Assembly (NCBI GenBank): GCA_963798085.1
Contig: CAWCRS010000003.1
Location: 736,001 to 800,000 of the forward strand
Length of the DNA stretch: 64,000 nt
Direction: 5' to 3'
Source of the DNA: an uncultured Gemmatimonadales bacterium
Lineage (GTDB): Bacteria; Gemmatimonadota; Gemmatimonadetes; Longimicrobiales; RSA9
Shown: positions 18,253 through 27,476 of the stretch, piece after piece
How positions within the stretch are numbered: the stretch's first letter is position 1
Layout: every line of letters begins with the position of its first letter
Program-made: the position numbers and the translations under genes
Notes under the pieces: generated by a model
What the model saw: only the letters and a program-made list of their open reading frames with translations
The model's database searches: none
What the model was told of the DNA's origin: nothing

Positions 18253-18518
18253 GAGACCAGGCCGGGCAGACTCTGGAACAGCTCGACCGTGTAGCGCACG
18301 ATCGCCTGCAGCATCCAGTTGAGCGTGAGCAGGAACACCGCGCTCACGGCCACCAGCTTCAGCACGAAACCGACGGTCTGCTCCTGGATCTGCGTCACTG
18401 CCTGGAACACGCTCACCACCACGCCCACGGCGAGCGCCACGAGCAGCAGCGGTCCGCCCAGCATGAGCGCCAGGAACAGCGCGTTGCGCGCGAGGTCGAC
18501 GACGACCGAATAGTTCAC
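18249..18518 (-). CDS. fliQ: FliQ
   Basis: VSVFQAVTQIQEQTVGFVLK; GTG start at 18518. Confidence 0.96.
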   Translation of the reverse strand: MNYSVVVDLARNALFLALMLGGPLLLVALAVGVVVSVFQAVTQIQEQTVGFVLKLVAVSAVFLLTLNWMLQAIVRYTVELFQSLPGLVS

Positions 18519-18528
18519 GTGTTGTCCT

Positions 18529-19887
18529 CTACACGAAGCTGTGGACCAGGCTGCCCACCAGCAGGGACCAGCCATCCACGAGCACGAACAGCAGCAGCTT
18601 GCAGGGAAGCGCGATCATGGTGGGCGGCAGCATGAACATGCCCATGCTGGTCAGCACCGCGGAAACCACGAGATCGATGACCACGAACGGCAGGAAGATC
18701 GCGAAACCCATCTGGAACGCCGCGCGCAGCTCGCTGGTCGCGAACGCCGACATCAGCACGGGCAGCGACACATCCTCCGGCGCATCCGGCATGGGCTGTC
18801 CACTCAGCTCGACGAAGTGGGCCAGGTCCTGCTCCGGCACCTGCCGCAGCATGAAGGCGCGCAGCGGCTGACTGCCCGTCTGCATCATCTGCACTTCATC
18901 GATTTCGCCGTGCATCCACGGCTGGATCGCGGTGGAATTCACTTCCGCGATCGTGGGCGCCATGATGAAGCCCGTCAGCAGCAGCGCCAGCGCGGCCAGC
19001 AGCTGCGCCGGCGGCACGCTCTGTGTGCCCAGCGCCTGCCGCATGAAATGCAGCACCACGAGCACGCGCGTGAAGCTGGTCATGAGCAGCAGCAGCGTGG
19101 GCAGTGTCGCCAGCAGGCCGATGAAAAGCACGGTGCCCACGGTACCGCTGATGCGCAGATCGGATTTCGAGCCGTCACCGAACTGCAGCGCCAGGCGAGG
19201 CACACTGCCCTGCGCCGGCAGCTGCGCGATCTGGGCGGGGTTCAGCTTCTGTGTACTGGCGGTTGCGGCCGGCGCTGCGCCGCGGCCGCCCTGGTTCGGC
19301 TGTGCCGCCGGATTCGTGTTCGCCGAGCTGCCGCGACCGCTCGCATTCTGCGTCTGGTTCTGCGCGGCGGCGCCGCCGCTCTGCGCGCCGCGGCCCGCCT
19401 GATTCCCCGTACCGCCATTCTGTGCTGCCTGCACCCGCGCGGGCGCCGCGGACAGCGGCTCGGCGTGCACGCGTGCGCTCGCGAAGGACAGGGAGAAGCC
19501 CGCGGCGGCCAGCACGCGCAGCAGCCCGAGCGCGCGCAGACCGCGCGCGGTGGCTCCCGTCGCGCCGGCGGCCGAGGCGGTGTCGTCGCCTGCATCACCG
19601 GACGCGTCCCGCAGTCCGGCCTTCAGCGATTCCTGCGGTGTCAGCTCGGTGAGCAGGTGGACGCCGCCATCGCCTACGGAGACGACCAGCACGCGATCGG
19701 CCACGCGCACCGCGGCCACGCCCTGGCGCGGCCCGATGGCGGTGCGCTGCAGCACGTTGAGGCGCAGGCCGGAGCGGCCCGCACCGGTCACACCGGCAAA
19801 GCGGCGGGCCGCGCCCACCGCCAGTCCCAGCAGTCCCAGCACCAGCCCCAGCGCCAGGATCAGACCTAACACGGCGCTAACGGTCAC
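18529..19887 (-). CDS. fliP: FliO-FliP fusion protein
   Basis: N-terminal FliO (TM then LNVLQRTAIGPRQGVAAVRVADRVLVVSV); C-terminal FliP (MTSFTR, LRAAFQMGFAIFLPFVVIDL, GMFMLPP, LFVLVDGW). Confidence 0.93.
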   Translation of the reverse strand: MTVSAVLGLILALGLVLGLLGLAVGAARRFAGVTGAGRSGLRLNVLQRTAIGPRQGVAAVRVADRVLVVSVGDGGVHLLTELTPQESLKAGLRDASGDAGDDTASAAGATGATARGLRALGLLRVLAAAGFSLSFASARVHAEPLSAAPARVQAAQNGGTGNQAGRGAQSGGAAAQNQTQNASGRGSSANTNPAAQPNQGGRGAAPAATASTQKLNPAQIAQLPAQGSVPRLALQFGDGSKSDLRISGTVGTVLFIGLLATLPTLLLLMTSFTRVLVVLHFMRQALGTQSVPPAQLLAALALLLTGFIMAPTIAEVNSTAIQPWMHGEIDEVQMMQTGSQPLRAFMLRQVPEQDLAHFVELSGQPMPDAPEDVSLPVLMSAFATSELRAAFQMGFAIFLPFVVIDLVVSAVLTSMGMFMLPPTMIALPCKLLLFVLVDGWSLLVGSLVHSFV

Positions 19888-21236
19888 GGCTGCTCGTCAG
19901 CGACGTTCTGTGAGTGCAGCCGGGTGATGCGAATGCCGAACTGCTCGCCGATCACCACCACTTCGCCCTCGGCGAAGGGCCGGTCGCCCACGATCACGTC
20001 GACGGGCTCGCCCACCAGCCGGTTCAGGGCGATGACCGAGCCGCGACCCAGCTCGAGCACGTCCTGCACGGTCATGCGCGTGCGGCCCAGCTCAATGGTC
20101 ACCGGCAGTGTCACCTGAAAGACGTTGCTCAGGGATCCGGCCCCGCCCGTCGGCTGCGCTTCCAGCTCGGCCAGCTCCATTCCGCCCTCGCCCTTCGATT
20201 CCGGTTGTACAATGGTTGCCATTATGCTCATTCTCCGGTGCGGTTCTTCCTGCTCGTTGTCCTCCGCCATCACACCGATGACGCGCGCCGCCAGCGTGCG
20301 GCCCTCGCGTCCGGGCAGCGCCACGAAGCGCGGTGTGCCTTCGATGCGCACAGCCAGCTGCGTCTGTGCCGGCAGGCCCGTGTGCCACACCGTGCCGGGC
20401 ACGGTGCTGGCCATGTCGCCCAGCGCGATGCCGAACAGTGGTGTTCGCACTGTGATCTCCACCGTCGCCGTGCGTACTGCCTTTTCCGCGGCCACGCGGT
20501 CCAGCTCGCGATCGCGCGAGGCGCCGCGCGGCTGGTTCACGCGCTGCGTGCTCGAGGCGCTGAAGAATTTCTCCAGCACCACGAAGGGCACGCAGATGAG
20601 CAGGCTGCCCTCGAAGTTGGCCGCCTTCACCTCGATGTTGGCCACCAGCATGGGATCTTCGCGGTTGGCCGTGCGCAGCAGCTCGGGCACCGCCTCGAAG
20701 CGGTTCATGGTGAGGCCCAGCGGTACGTTGTCCTTCCAGATCTCGTTGAGCTGCGCCGCCGTCTGGTCCGCCGCCATGCGCACCACCATGCGCTCCAGCA
20801 CGGTGAGCGAACGCTCGGGCGCGGGCGGTTCGTCGTTCGAGCCCAGCAGCCGGTCCACGAGGAAGAAGGCGAAGGCGCGGCCGAAGTCGATAACAACCTG
20901 TTGGCCGCTGCCGTTGGCCACGTCGAATACGAAGCTGGCCGTGGGATTCGCCAGCGACAGCGTGAACTCGCCGAAGCTCAGCTGCTCCACACCCAGCAGA
21001 CGCAGATCGATGGAGGTGCGCACCCTCGCCGTCAGCCAGCTCTCCAGCGCCTTGCACAGCATGCCGTACTTGGCGCCCAGCGCGCGCAGCTTGTCCTTCG
21101 ATACCAGGTTGGGGCGGCGGAAATCGTAGACCTGCACGTCTTCGCGTGCGTCCGCCGGCGTCTCGACGTTCGGCGACGGCTCGCCCCCGCTGAAGAGGCG
21201 GTCGATCTCCTGCTGGGAGAGCGTTTCTGATGTCAC
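19884..21236 (-). CDS. fliM: FliM-FliN fused ORF (C-ring)
   Basis: FliM: LSQQEIDRL, YDFRRP, EQLSFGEF. FliN domain at 19884-~20231: VTIELGRTRM...GEPVDVIVG...GEVVVIGEQFGIRIT. Confidence 0.92.
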   Translation of the reverse strand: MTSETLSQQEIDRLFSGGEPSPNVETPADAREDVQVYDFRRPNLVSKDKLRALGAKYGMLCKALESWLTARVRTSIDLRLLGVEQLSFGEFTLSLANPTASFVFDVANGSGQQVVIDFGRAFAFFLVDRLLGSNDEPPAPERSLTVLERMVVRMAADQTAAQLNEIWKDNVPLGLTMNRFEAVPELLRTANREDPMLVANIEVKAANFEGSLLICVPFVVLEKFFSASSTQRVNQPRGASRDRELDRVAAEKAVRTATVEITVRTPLFGIALGDMASTVPGTVWHTGLPAQTQLAVRIEGTPRFVALPGREGRTLAARVIGVMAEDNEQEEPHRRMSIMATIVQPESKGEGGMELAELEAQPTGGAGSLSNVFQVTLPVTIELGRTRMTVQDVLELGRGSVIALNRLVGEPVDVIVGDRPFAEGEVVVIGEQFGIRITRLHSQNVADEQP

Positions 21237-21240
21237 GCGA

Positions 21241-21774
21241 TTACTGCAGCACGAACTGCGGCATGAGGATGTTCGCCACAGTGCCCTTGCCCATCACCGT
21301 CTCCACCGCGGCACGCAGCTGCACCTTCAGCGAATCGCGGATCCCGGGATTGGAAAGCTGCTGCACCGTGCGCGACGCCAGCAGGCCCAGCAGCGCATCG
21401 CGGATCTCCGGATCGTGCGCCACCAGCTGTTCCGTCGTTGTCTTGTCGGAAACGCGGATCGCCAGGCTGACCACCAGGAAGCGTGTGCCCTGGGTGCCGG
21501 ACGGGTTTACCACGAGGTTGTCGATCGTGTAGAGCGGCGCGCCATCCGTCTTCTCGCCTTCGCCGCCGTGACCGGCGTGCTTCTCGCCCTGCGGTTTGCC
21601 CGCAGCCTCGGCGCTCGATTTGGGCCCGAGCATCGGGCCCAGCGCAAAGAGCCCCGCCCCGGCACCCGCTCCCAGGCTGGCCACCGCTGCAAGGAGAAGC
21701 ATCACCAGGCCGCTGCCCTTTTTCGGAGCAGGCGGCTCGCTGGTCTCCTCCGCTTCCTTCGCCTCATCCGCCAC
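21241..21774 (-). CDS. fliL: FliL
   Basis: Single TM; LVVNPSGTQGTRFL and IRDALLGLL motifs; FVLQ end. Confidence 0.93.
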   Translation of the reverse strand: MADEAKEAEETSEPPAPKKGSGLVMLLLAAVASLGAGAGAGLFALGPMLGPKSSAEAAGKPQGEKHAGHGGEGEKTDGAPLYTIDNLVVNPSGTQGTRFLVVSLAIRVSDKTTTEQLVAHDPEIRDALLGLLASRTVQQLSNPGIRDSLKVQLRAAVETVMGKGTVANILMPQFVLQ

Positions 21775-21844
21775 GGCGGTATCCCTCCACGCTGCATCGC
21801 GTTGCCGTATTTCGTCCCGGTCCCGGCCGGGTATCTACGCCCGG

Positions 21845-21859
21845 GCAAGGGCATGCCCC
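21845..21859 (-). promoter_or_regulatory. Putative sigma54 promoter of the fliL operon
   Basis: GGGGCATGCCCTTGC (GG-N10-GC with TTGC); AT-rich tract at 21904-21930 and a palindrome at 21988-22002 upstream. Confidence 0.6.
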
Positions 21860-21987
21860 GTACCACGCGTGAGCGGCCCGCGCGCAGAGCCCGGGCTTCC
21901 CCCATAATTCATTGCAGTAAAGTCAATTACGGACTATGCGACGACATCGCCTCGGGTCTGCTTCGCACCCCTTCTTCCCGTCGCGTC

Positions 21988-22002
21988 CGGCAGATCTTGC
22001 CG
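21988..22002. promoter_or_regulatory. Putative enhancer (UAS) CGGCA-GATCT-TGCCG
   Basis: Palindrome ~130 nt upstream of the fliL sigma54 site; the same motif occurs upstream of flgB and flgF. Confidence 0.6.
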
Positions 22003-22400
22003 GGAGGGAGGAGAGGATTGCCGGTGCAAGCCGGCGGGTGGAGCGTGAATGGCGGGCGGGCCGAACGGCGTTGCTGGGGCTCGGGCTCGGGCTGGTTGCT
22101 CGGGAACGACCGCATCCATCACGGGGAACGGGTTTGCGGGGAGGGGTGAGGTTCAGGGGTCGGACGCGGGCAAGGGGCACCCGTTGAGGGGTGGGGACGA
22201 GGGAGTGGATGCGGCCGGGATGCGCGAAGGCTTGCCTCCCCGCTCCCCCAGCCCTCAACGCCAACCCGCGCCCGCGTCCATCCCGGACCCGGACCCTTTC
22301 CTGGTCCCTTCCACACGCGCCTAACGCGTAGTTACAGGCCGGGGGAAGGGAGCGGCCTCATCCCGCCCCTTCCCCTGCCCCTCAACCTGCCCCGCGAAGC

Positions 22401-23658
22401 CTACCGCTTGAGGTTGACCAGCTCCTGGAGCATCTCGTCGCTGGTGGTGATCACGCGCGCGTTGGACTGGAAGCCGCGCTGCGCGGTGATCAGGTTCGTG
22501 AATTCCTGCGCCAGGTCGACGTTGGACATTTCGAGCGCGCCGGACGTGACGACGGACTGGCTGCCTTCGCCGGCGAAGCCCAGCACGGCGGCGCCGGAGT
22601 TGGGCGATACCGTGTACATGTTGTCGCCCACGCGGATCAGGCCCGACGGATTGTTGAAGTCGGCCAGCACCAGCTGCGCCAGCGTCTGTGTCGTGCCGTT
22701 GCTGAATGCGCCCACGATCGTGCCCGTCGGATCAATGCTGATGCGCTCGAGCAGACCCATCGTGTAGCCGTCCTGCTCTTTCAGCACCGCGGTCGAGGGC
22801 CCGGCGAACTCGGAAAGGCCGTTGATCTCGCCTGCCGTGCCGAACGTCAGCGTGACTTTCTGCGAGGCGGCGAAACCGGCGGGCGTGAACTCGAAGTCCA
22901 CGGTCTCGGGATCCAGCAGCGAGCCATTCGTGTCGAACGTCACGGTACCGGTGTCGTTCACGTACGTCGAGCCGGGCTCGTTGTTGGTCGTCGTGATCGC
23001 GTAGTCCCACTCGTTGGCGTTGGCGTTCTTGGTGAACTCGATGTTCAGGTCGTGCTTGCCGCCCTGCTCGTCATACACGGTGATCGAATGTGTTGCGCGT
23101 CAGGCCCTGCGCCGCGCCCGCATCGAGGTTGCCGCCCAGGACCGCGTTCTCGGTGGCGTGGGCCGGCGCCTTCTGGCCGAAGGGCAGCTTGATGTCGTCG
23201 ATCGTGTCGGTCAGCACGCCGTTCACAGGCACGCGACCCTGCACGATGAAGCCGTTCGTGGACGCCACCAGCTTGCCCGACGCGTCCAGCTGGAACGCGC
23301 CCGAGCGCGTGTAGAAGCGCTGCGTGCCGTCGGACACGACGAAGAAGGAATCGCCCTGGATGGCCAGGTCGGTGTCCACGCCGGTCGTCTCGAGGTTGCC
23401 CTGCGTGAACATGGCGTCGATGCTGCCGATGTTCATGCCCAGGCCGATCTGGATCGGGTTGCGGCCGCCGGACACGTTGGTGGCGCCGCCCGGCGGACGG
23501 CTCGCGCCCTGCACGATCTGCGCGAACGCTTCCTCGAATGTCACACGACTCGACTTGAACGCCACCGTGTTCACGTTGGCGATGTTGTTGCCGATCACGT
23601 CCATTTTGACCTGGTGATTGCGCAGGCCGGACACGCCGGCGAACAGAGAACGCATCAT
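22401..23658 (-). CDS. flgE: Hook protein FlgE (one frameshift near 23080-23105)
   Basis: N-half MMRSLFAGVSGL...GNNIANVNTVAFKSSR; C-half SITVYDEQG...LEMSNVDLAQEFTNLITAQRGFQSN in another frame. Confidence 0.95.
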
Positions 23659-23681
23659 TTCGGATTCTCCTCGTTGCCTGT

Positions 23682-24359
23682 TTACTGGCTGATTTCGATG
23701 ACGTTGCCGAGCGGGATCGTGATCGAGCCGCTCGACAGCACCGGCCCGCTGGCGGTGTACCTGACTCCGTCGACGCGCAGTCGCGAGTACGTGGTCACGC
23801 TGACCGCCGTGCCCGCGCTGTCCTTCACATCGAGGCTGTAGGTGTACTGACCGGCCGGCACGTTGCCGACCAGCTTGCTCAGGTCGATGTTCTGGTCACC
23901 GGCATCCAGCCGGCCCACATCGTAGCGCGCCACTTCCTTGCCCGTGTCGTCCTTGATCACGACCTGACCGACGCCACCCTCGCCGCCCACATTCACCTTC
24001 ACATCGAGCGGGCCGCTGGCCGGCATCTGCAGCGCATCACCCTGAATGAGCACGCTCTTGCCCAGCAGCTGGGCTGCGGTGCTGGCATTGATGCTCTGGA
24101 TCAGCGAATCATTGCCTGCGCTCTGCGCCTTCAGCTCGTCGCCGATGTTAATGAGCTGTTCGACCGCCGAGAACTGCGCCAGCTGAGCCGCCATTTCCTT
24201 GGGATCCGCGGGATTCATGGGGTCCTGGTTGCGCAGCTGGGATACCAGAAGCTGCAGGAAGTCGTCCTTGCCGAGGACGCTGCCTGCTGTGGCCGCCGCC
24301 GCGCTCGACGTCGAGCTGGCTGTCGTGCTGCCGCCGGCACTCGTGATGGGATCGATCAT
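23682..24359 (-). CDS. flgD: Hook-cap protein FlgD
   Basis: LGKDDFLQLLVSQLRNQDPMNP...AQLAQFSAVEQL; start ATG 24359. Confidence 0.97.
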   Translation of the reverse strand: MIDPITSAGGSTTASSTSSAAAATAGSVLGKDDFLQLLVSQLRNQDPMNPADPKEMAAQLAQFSAVEQLINIGDELKAQSAGNDSLIQSINASTAAQLLGKSVLIQGDALQMPASGPLDVKVNVGGEGGVGQVVIKDDTGKEVARYDVGRLDAGDQNIDLSKLVGNVPAGQYTYSLDVKDSAGTAVSVTTYSRLRVDGVRYTASGPVLSSGSITIPLGNVIEISQ

Positions 24360-26449
24360 TTGCCATTCTCCTTGCCATGTCTCCGGGCGTTCCGGTGTTC
24401 CTGCTGCGCGCCGCCCTGGCGGGCCCACGCGCTTTCGTTCTGGTTGCTGCCATTGCCTTTGTTGCGCGACGCGTCCCTGCCCGCCTGCGGCATCACCAGC
24501 GGCGAGGCCTCGCCTGCTTCGCGGATCAGTACCGAAGCATCCAGCCCCCGCCGTTCGAGGATCTGACGCAGTTCGCCGGTGTGCGTGGCCAGCTGCGCCG
24601 CGGCCGTCGGATCAGTCACATCAATGGCCGCATTCACGCTGGTGCCGCGCAGGCCCACGCGGATGCGGGCGGCATCACTGCCATCGGCGCCCGTGATGTG
24701 GAGTGTGACGCCGGAGGCAGGCGAGGCTTGCGCCGCATCCTGCAGCGCGAGTACACGCGCCACGCGTGCGCCAATGTCCACGCCCTGCGCTGCGCCCGCG
24801 CCCGCCGCCTGCTGCGGCTGCGATCCGGCCACGGCGCGCCAGAGCGCGCGGGCCGCGTCGTCGCCCTGCAAACCTGCGGTCAGCGGATCCGCGCTGCTGC
24901 GACCATCACCATCACTGCTCGTGCCCTGCTCGCGCAGAGCGGCCGCCAGCTGGCTGGCCCGTGTGTTGCGCGCGGTCAGACTGCCCGTGTCCGTGGTCTG
25001 CGGCGCACCGGCGGTCGTGTTGACCGTGGCCCCGGATGCGGCCGCGAGTGCGCCTCGCGCCGCCGCAGTGACCGCGGCCGGTGCCTCCAGCAGGCTGGCC
25101 ACGCGCGCCACCTGCGCGGTCGCCGCCACTGTCGCCACCGGCGCGGGCGCCGAAGCGTCTCCGCTCATGACCGGCGGGGCTGCGGAGCGGCCGCCTTCCA
25201 GCGCACCGTCAGGAGCCAGCTGGCGAATGGTCTGCATGTCGCCCGCCGCGCCGCGCAGTTCGATGTGACCGGGATCGGACGGGCCCAGTGTGCTCAGTCC
25301 TTCCTGTGCGCAGAGCTGCGCCAGGCGGGCGTACTGGGCGTCGTCGCCTCCCTCGATGACGACATTGGCCGCGAGGCCGGCAGTGTGGTTCGAGTGCTTC
25401 GTCCACGTCACCGTCTGGCCCGGCTGCGTGCGACCCTGCGCGTACAGCGCATCCTGCCGCGGCTGCGAGCGCCAGGTCTCGACCACGTGCACATCCTCGC
25501 CGAATTCCTGCTTCATGCGCTCGATCACACGCTCCAGCTTCGTGCGGAACTCGGGCGCCAGTGCGTCCAGCGAACGTTGCACGTGTGTGCTGTCCGTATC
25601 CGTCGCCACCGGTTGCGCCAGCGCCGCGGCTGCGGCCTGTGCGGCAGCCGCGCTGTCCGCGGCATTGGAGGCGACACTGTTCTTCTGTGCGCCGGCGTTG
25701 TCAGAGGCGGCCGCACCGCTGCCAGCGGTCGGGGCCGGAGTGCGGTTGTCTGACTGGCTGTTAGGATCGTCCGTCGCCGTGCCGCCGCTGGCGCGGCCTG
25801 CCGCGGAGGCGCTGCGGCGCGACCCCTGGTCCGTGGCTGTGGCATCATCCAGCGCCTGCGCGGTGGCCCGTATGGCTGCCCGCCGCGTGCCCGGGTCGCC
25901 CGGCTCACTCGCCGTTGCCTCCGGCTGCATCAGGCCGGCCGGCCTTGCCGTGCCGCCATGGCCCGCGTCGCTGGCCGGGGCCCGTGCGCGGGCCAGCAGC
26001 AGTCCGAAGTCCGGACTGCCTGACACGGTATTATCGTTGCCCGGGTACGCCGCCGCCTGGGCGAGGCGTCCGTTGGCATTGCTGCCGTGGGCGCGCGTCT
26101 CGACGGACGCACTCGCGCCCGACAGCAGGCCGGCCACGCCGGCTTTGAGACGTCCCGCGGCTGCACGCGCTTCACCCGCATCCTGCATTGCGTCACCGCC
26201 TGTGTCATTGGTACTGCTGCCTGTTGCTGACGCGGCACCCGTCGCCCCGTCACCCACCACCTCCGCGTCATCCATGAAGCGGGCGAGAAGACTGCCAAAC
26301 CCCGGTACCGCCCTGCCCCGTTCAGCGCGCAGGCGGACGTCTGACGACGTCGCCTGCAGACCGGCCAGGGCCCGCTGCCCCGCGTGCTCACGCAACGGTG
26401 CAGAGTTCGGCGATTGCGCGCCGATCGCGGAGCCCGGGATCATCGCCAT
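24356..26449 (-). CDS. fliK: FliK-like hook-length control protein with internal M15-family peptidase domain
   Basis: Directly upstream of flgD; long Ala/Ser/Thr-rich ruler; C-terminal ARIRVGLRGTSVNAAI...GELRQILERRGL (FliK_C-like); central ETWRS..RQDALYAQGRT..SNH..GLAA..DPGHIEL. Confidence 0.78.
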   Translation of the reverse strand: MAMIPGSAIGAQSPNSAPLREHAGQRALAGLQATSSDVRLRAERGRAVPGFGSLLARFMDDAEVVGDGATGAASATGSSTNDTGGDAMQDAGEARAAAGRLKAGVAGLLSGASASVETRAHGSNANGRLAQAAAYPGNDNTVSGSPDFGLLLARARAPASDAGHGGTARPAGLMQPEATASEPGDPGTRRAAIRATAQALDDATATDQGSRRSASAAGRASGGTATDDPNSQSDNRTPAPTAGSGAAASDNAGAQKNSVASNAADSAAAAQAAAAALAQPVATDTDSTHVQRSLDALAPEFRTKLERVIERMKQEFGEDVHVVETWRSQPRQDALYAQGRTQPGQTVTWTKHSNHTAGLAANVVIEGGDDAQYARLAQLCAQEGLSTLGPSDPGHIELRGAAGDMQTIRQLAPDGALEGGRSAAPPVMSGDASAPAPVATVAATAQVARVASLLEAPAAVTAAARGALAAASGATVNTTAGAPQTTDTGSLTARNTRASQLAAALREQGTSSDGDGRSSADPLTAGLQGDDAARALWRAVAGSQPQQAAGAGAAQGVDIGARVARVLALQDAAQASPASGVTLHITGADGSDAARIRVGLRGTSVNAAIDVTDPTAAAQLATHTGELRQILERRGLDASVLIREAGEASPLVMPQAGRDASRNKGNGSNQNESAWARQGGAQQEHRNARRHGKENGK

Positions 26450-26460
26450 GCCGGAACCGA

Positions 26461-27018
26461 CTACCGCCCGGCCAGCAAAGCCTTCGCGATGGCCGTGCCC
26501 CGTTCACCCTTGAACTTGGCCAGGATCGCTGCGGCCTTGCGTTCCGAGAGAGTCAACAGCACTGCCTTCACCGGAGCATCCTCCAGCGGTTCCAGGATGC
26601 GTGCCGCTTCTTCCGGCCGCATCGCTGCGAGAATGCGCGCCAGCCGCGCGGGAGGCGCATTGTGCGCGCTGAGTGAATCGAGGCGCATGCTGTCCGCGGG
26701 CGAGGTCTCCGGTGGCTTCGCGCCCGCGCTGGCCGCTGCGTGCTGCGCCTCGCCGGCTGCGGCTTCGTGCGCCTGCGCGCTGTCGCCCGTCATGGCGCTG
26801 GCCGCCGCCGAGTCAGGCTGCGCGTCTTCTGCCTGCCCCGTCGCGTTCGCCGCGGAATCCGCGGCCAGCGAGTCGGCGCGCAGAGAATCGGCCTTGAGCG
26901 AGCCGGCCGCCATTTCGGCGGCGTACCGGGTCGCGGCCTTGCGCATGGAAACGGTGGTGCCGCCGCCCGCGCCCAGCGCGAAGCACACGGTCGCGGCAAT
27001 CACGACTTTCATGTTCAT
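26461..27018 (-). CDS. MotE/MgtE_N-like flagellar accessory protein
   Basis: N-terminal hydrophobic segment; [19 protein letters not shown]...[10 protein letters not shown] helical motif; lies between fliJ and fliK. Confidence 0.75.
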   Translation of the reverse strand: MNMKVVIAATVCFALGAGGGTTVSMRKAATRYAAEMAAGSLKADSLRADSLAADSAANATGQAEDAQPDSAAASAMTGDSAQAHEAAAGEAQHAAASAGAKPPETSPADSMRLDSLSAHNAPPARLARILAAMRPEEAARILEPLEDAPVKAVLLTLSERKAAAILAKFKGERGTAIAKALLAGR

Positions 27019-27476
27019 GAAACGTCATCCTCCTGCTGGCGGCGCGTGAACCGGGCGAGCGCCACAGCATCCATCGTCGTGCGGTCCAGCCGCTCCTCGC
27101 CTTCCCGCCACAGTGTGAGATAGCGCTCGCGCAGCCGGTCCATGACCTGACGCTGCGTTAGAGCGTGCCGGAATTCATTGCGCGCCGTGTCCACGCGCGC
27201 GCCGGCTTCTTCCTGCGCCTTTTCCGCAACCGCCAGGTGTTCGTCGAGCTGCGCAATGAACAGCGCCATCTGCTGCAGCGTCCCTGCCGGCGCGGGTGTG
27301 CCGCTGCCACGGCTGGTGCCTTCGACCCCGCGATTGCGCGCGGCTTCGATGGCCAGGCGCTTCTGTTCGGCCAGTACCGCCTCGTTGTGCGCTTCCGCGA
27401 GCCGGGTGGCACTTTCCTTTTCCCGCTGCTCCCGTACTTCGAGCACCTTCTGCAGGCGAAACCGGAATCCACTCAC
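27015..27476 (-). CDS. fliJ: FliJ
   Basis: GTG start; (M)[18 protein letters not shown] and coiled coil ending MDAVALARF. Confidence 0.9.
   Translation of the reverse strand: MSGFRFRLQKVLEVREQREKESATRLAEAHNEAVLAEQKRLAIEAARNRGVEGTSRGSGTPAPAGTLQQMALFIAQLDEHLAVAEKAQEEAGARVDTARNEFRHALTQRQVMDRLRERYLTLWREGEERLDRTTMDAVALARFTRRQQEDDVS

Noticed and set aside
306..21230. Long plus-strand ORFs (306-1655, 1780-3018, 14440-16431, 18541-19869, 19914-21230)
   Set aside because: Antisense shadows of well-supported minus-strand flagellar genes in GC-rich DNA, with no recognisable motifs.
23071..23110. Programmed frameshift in flgE or other split genes
   Set aside because: No slippery heptamer is evident, and the many scattered indels are better explained by sequence error.
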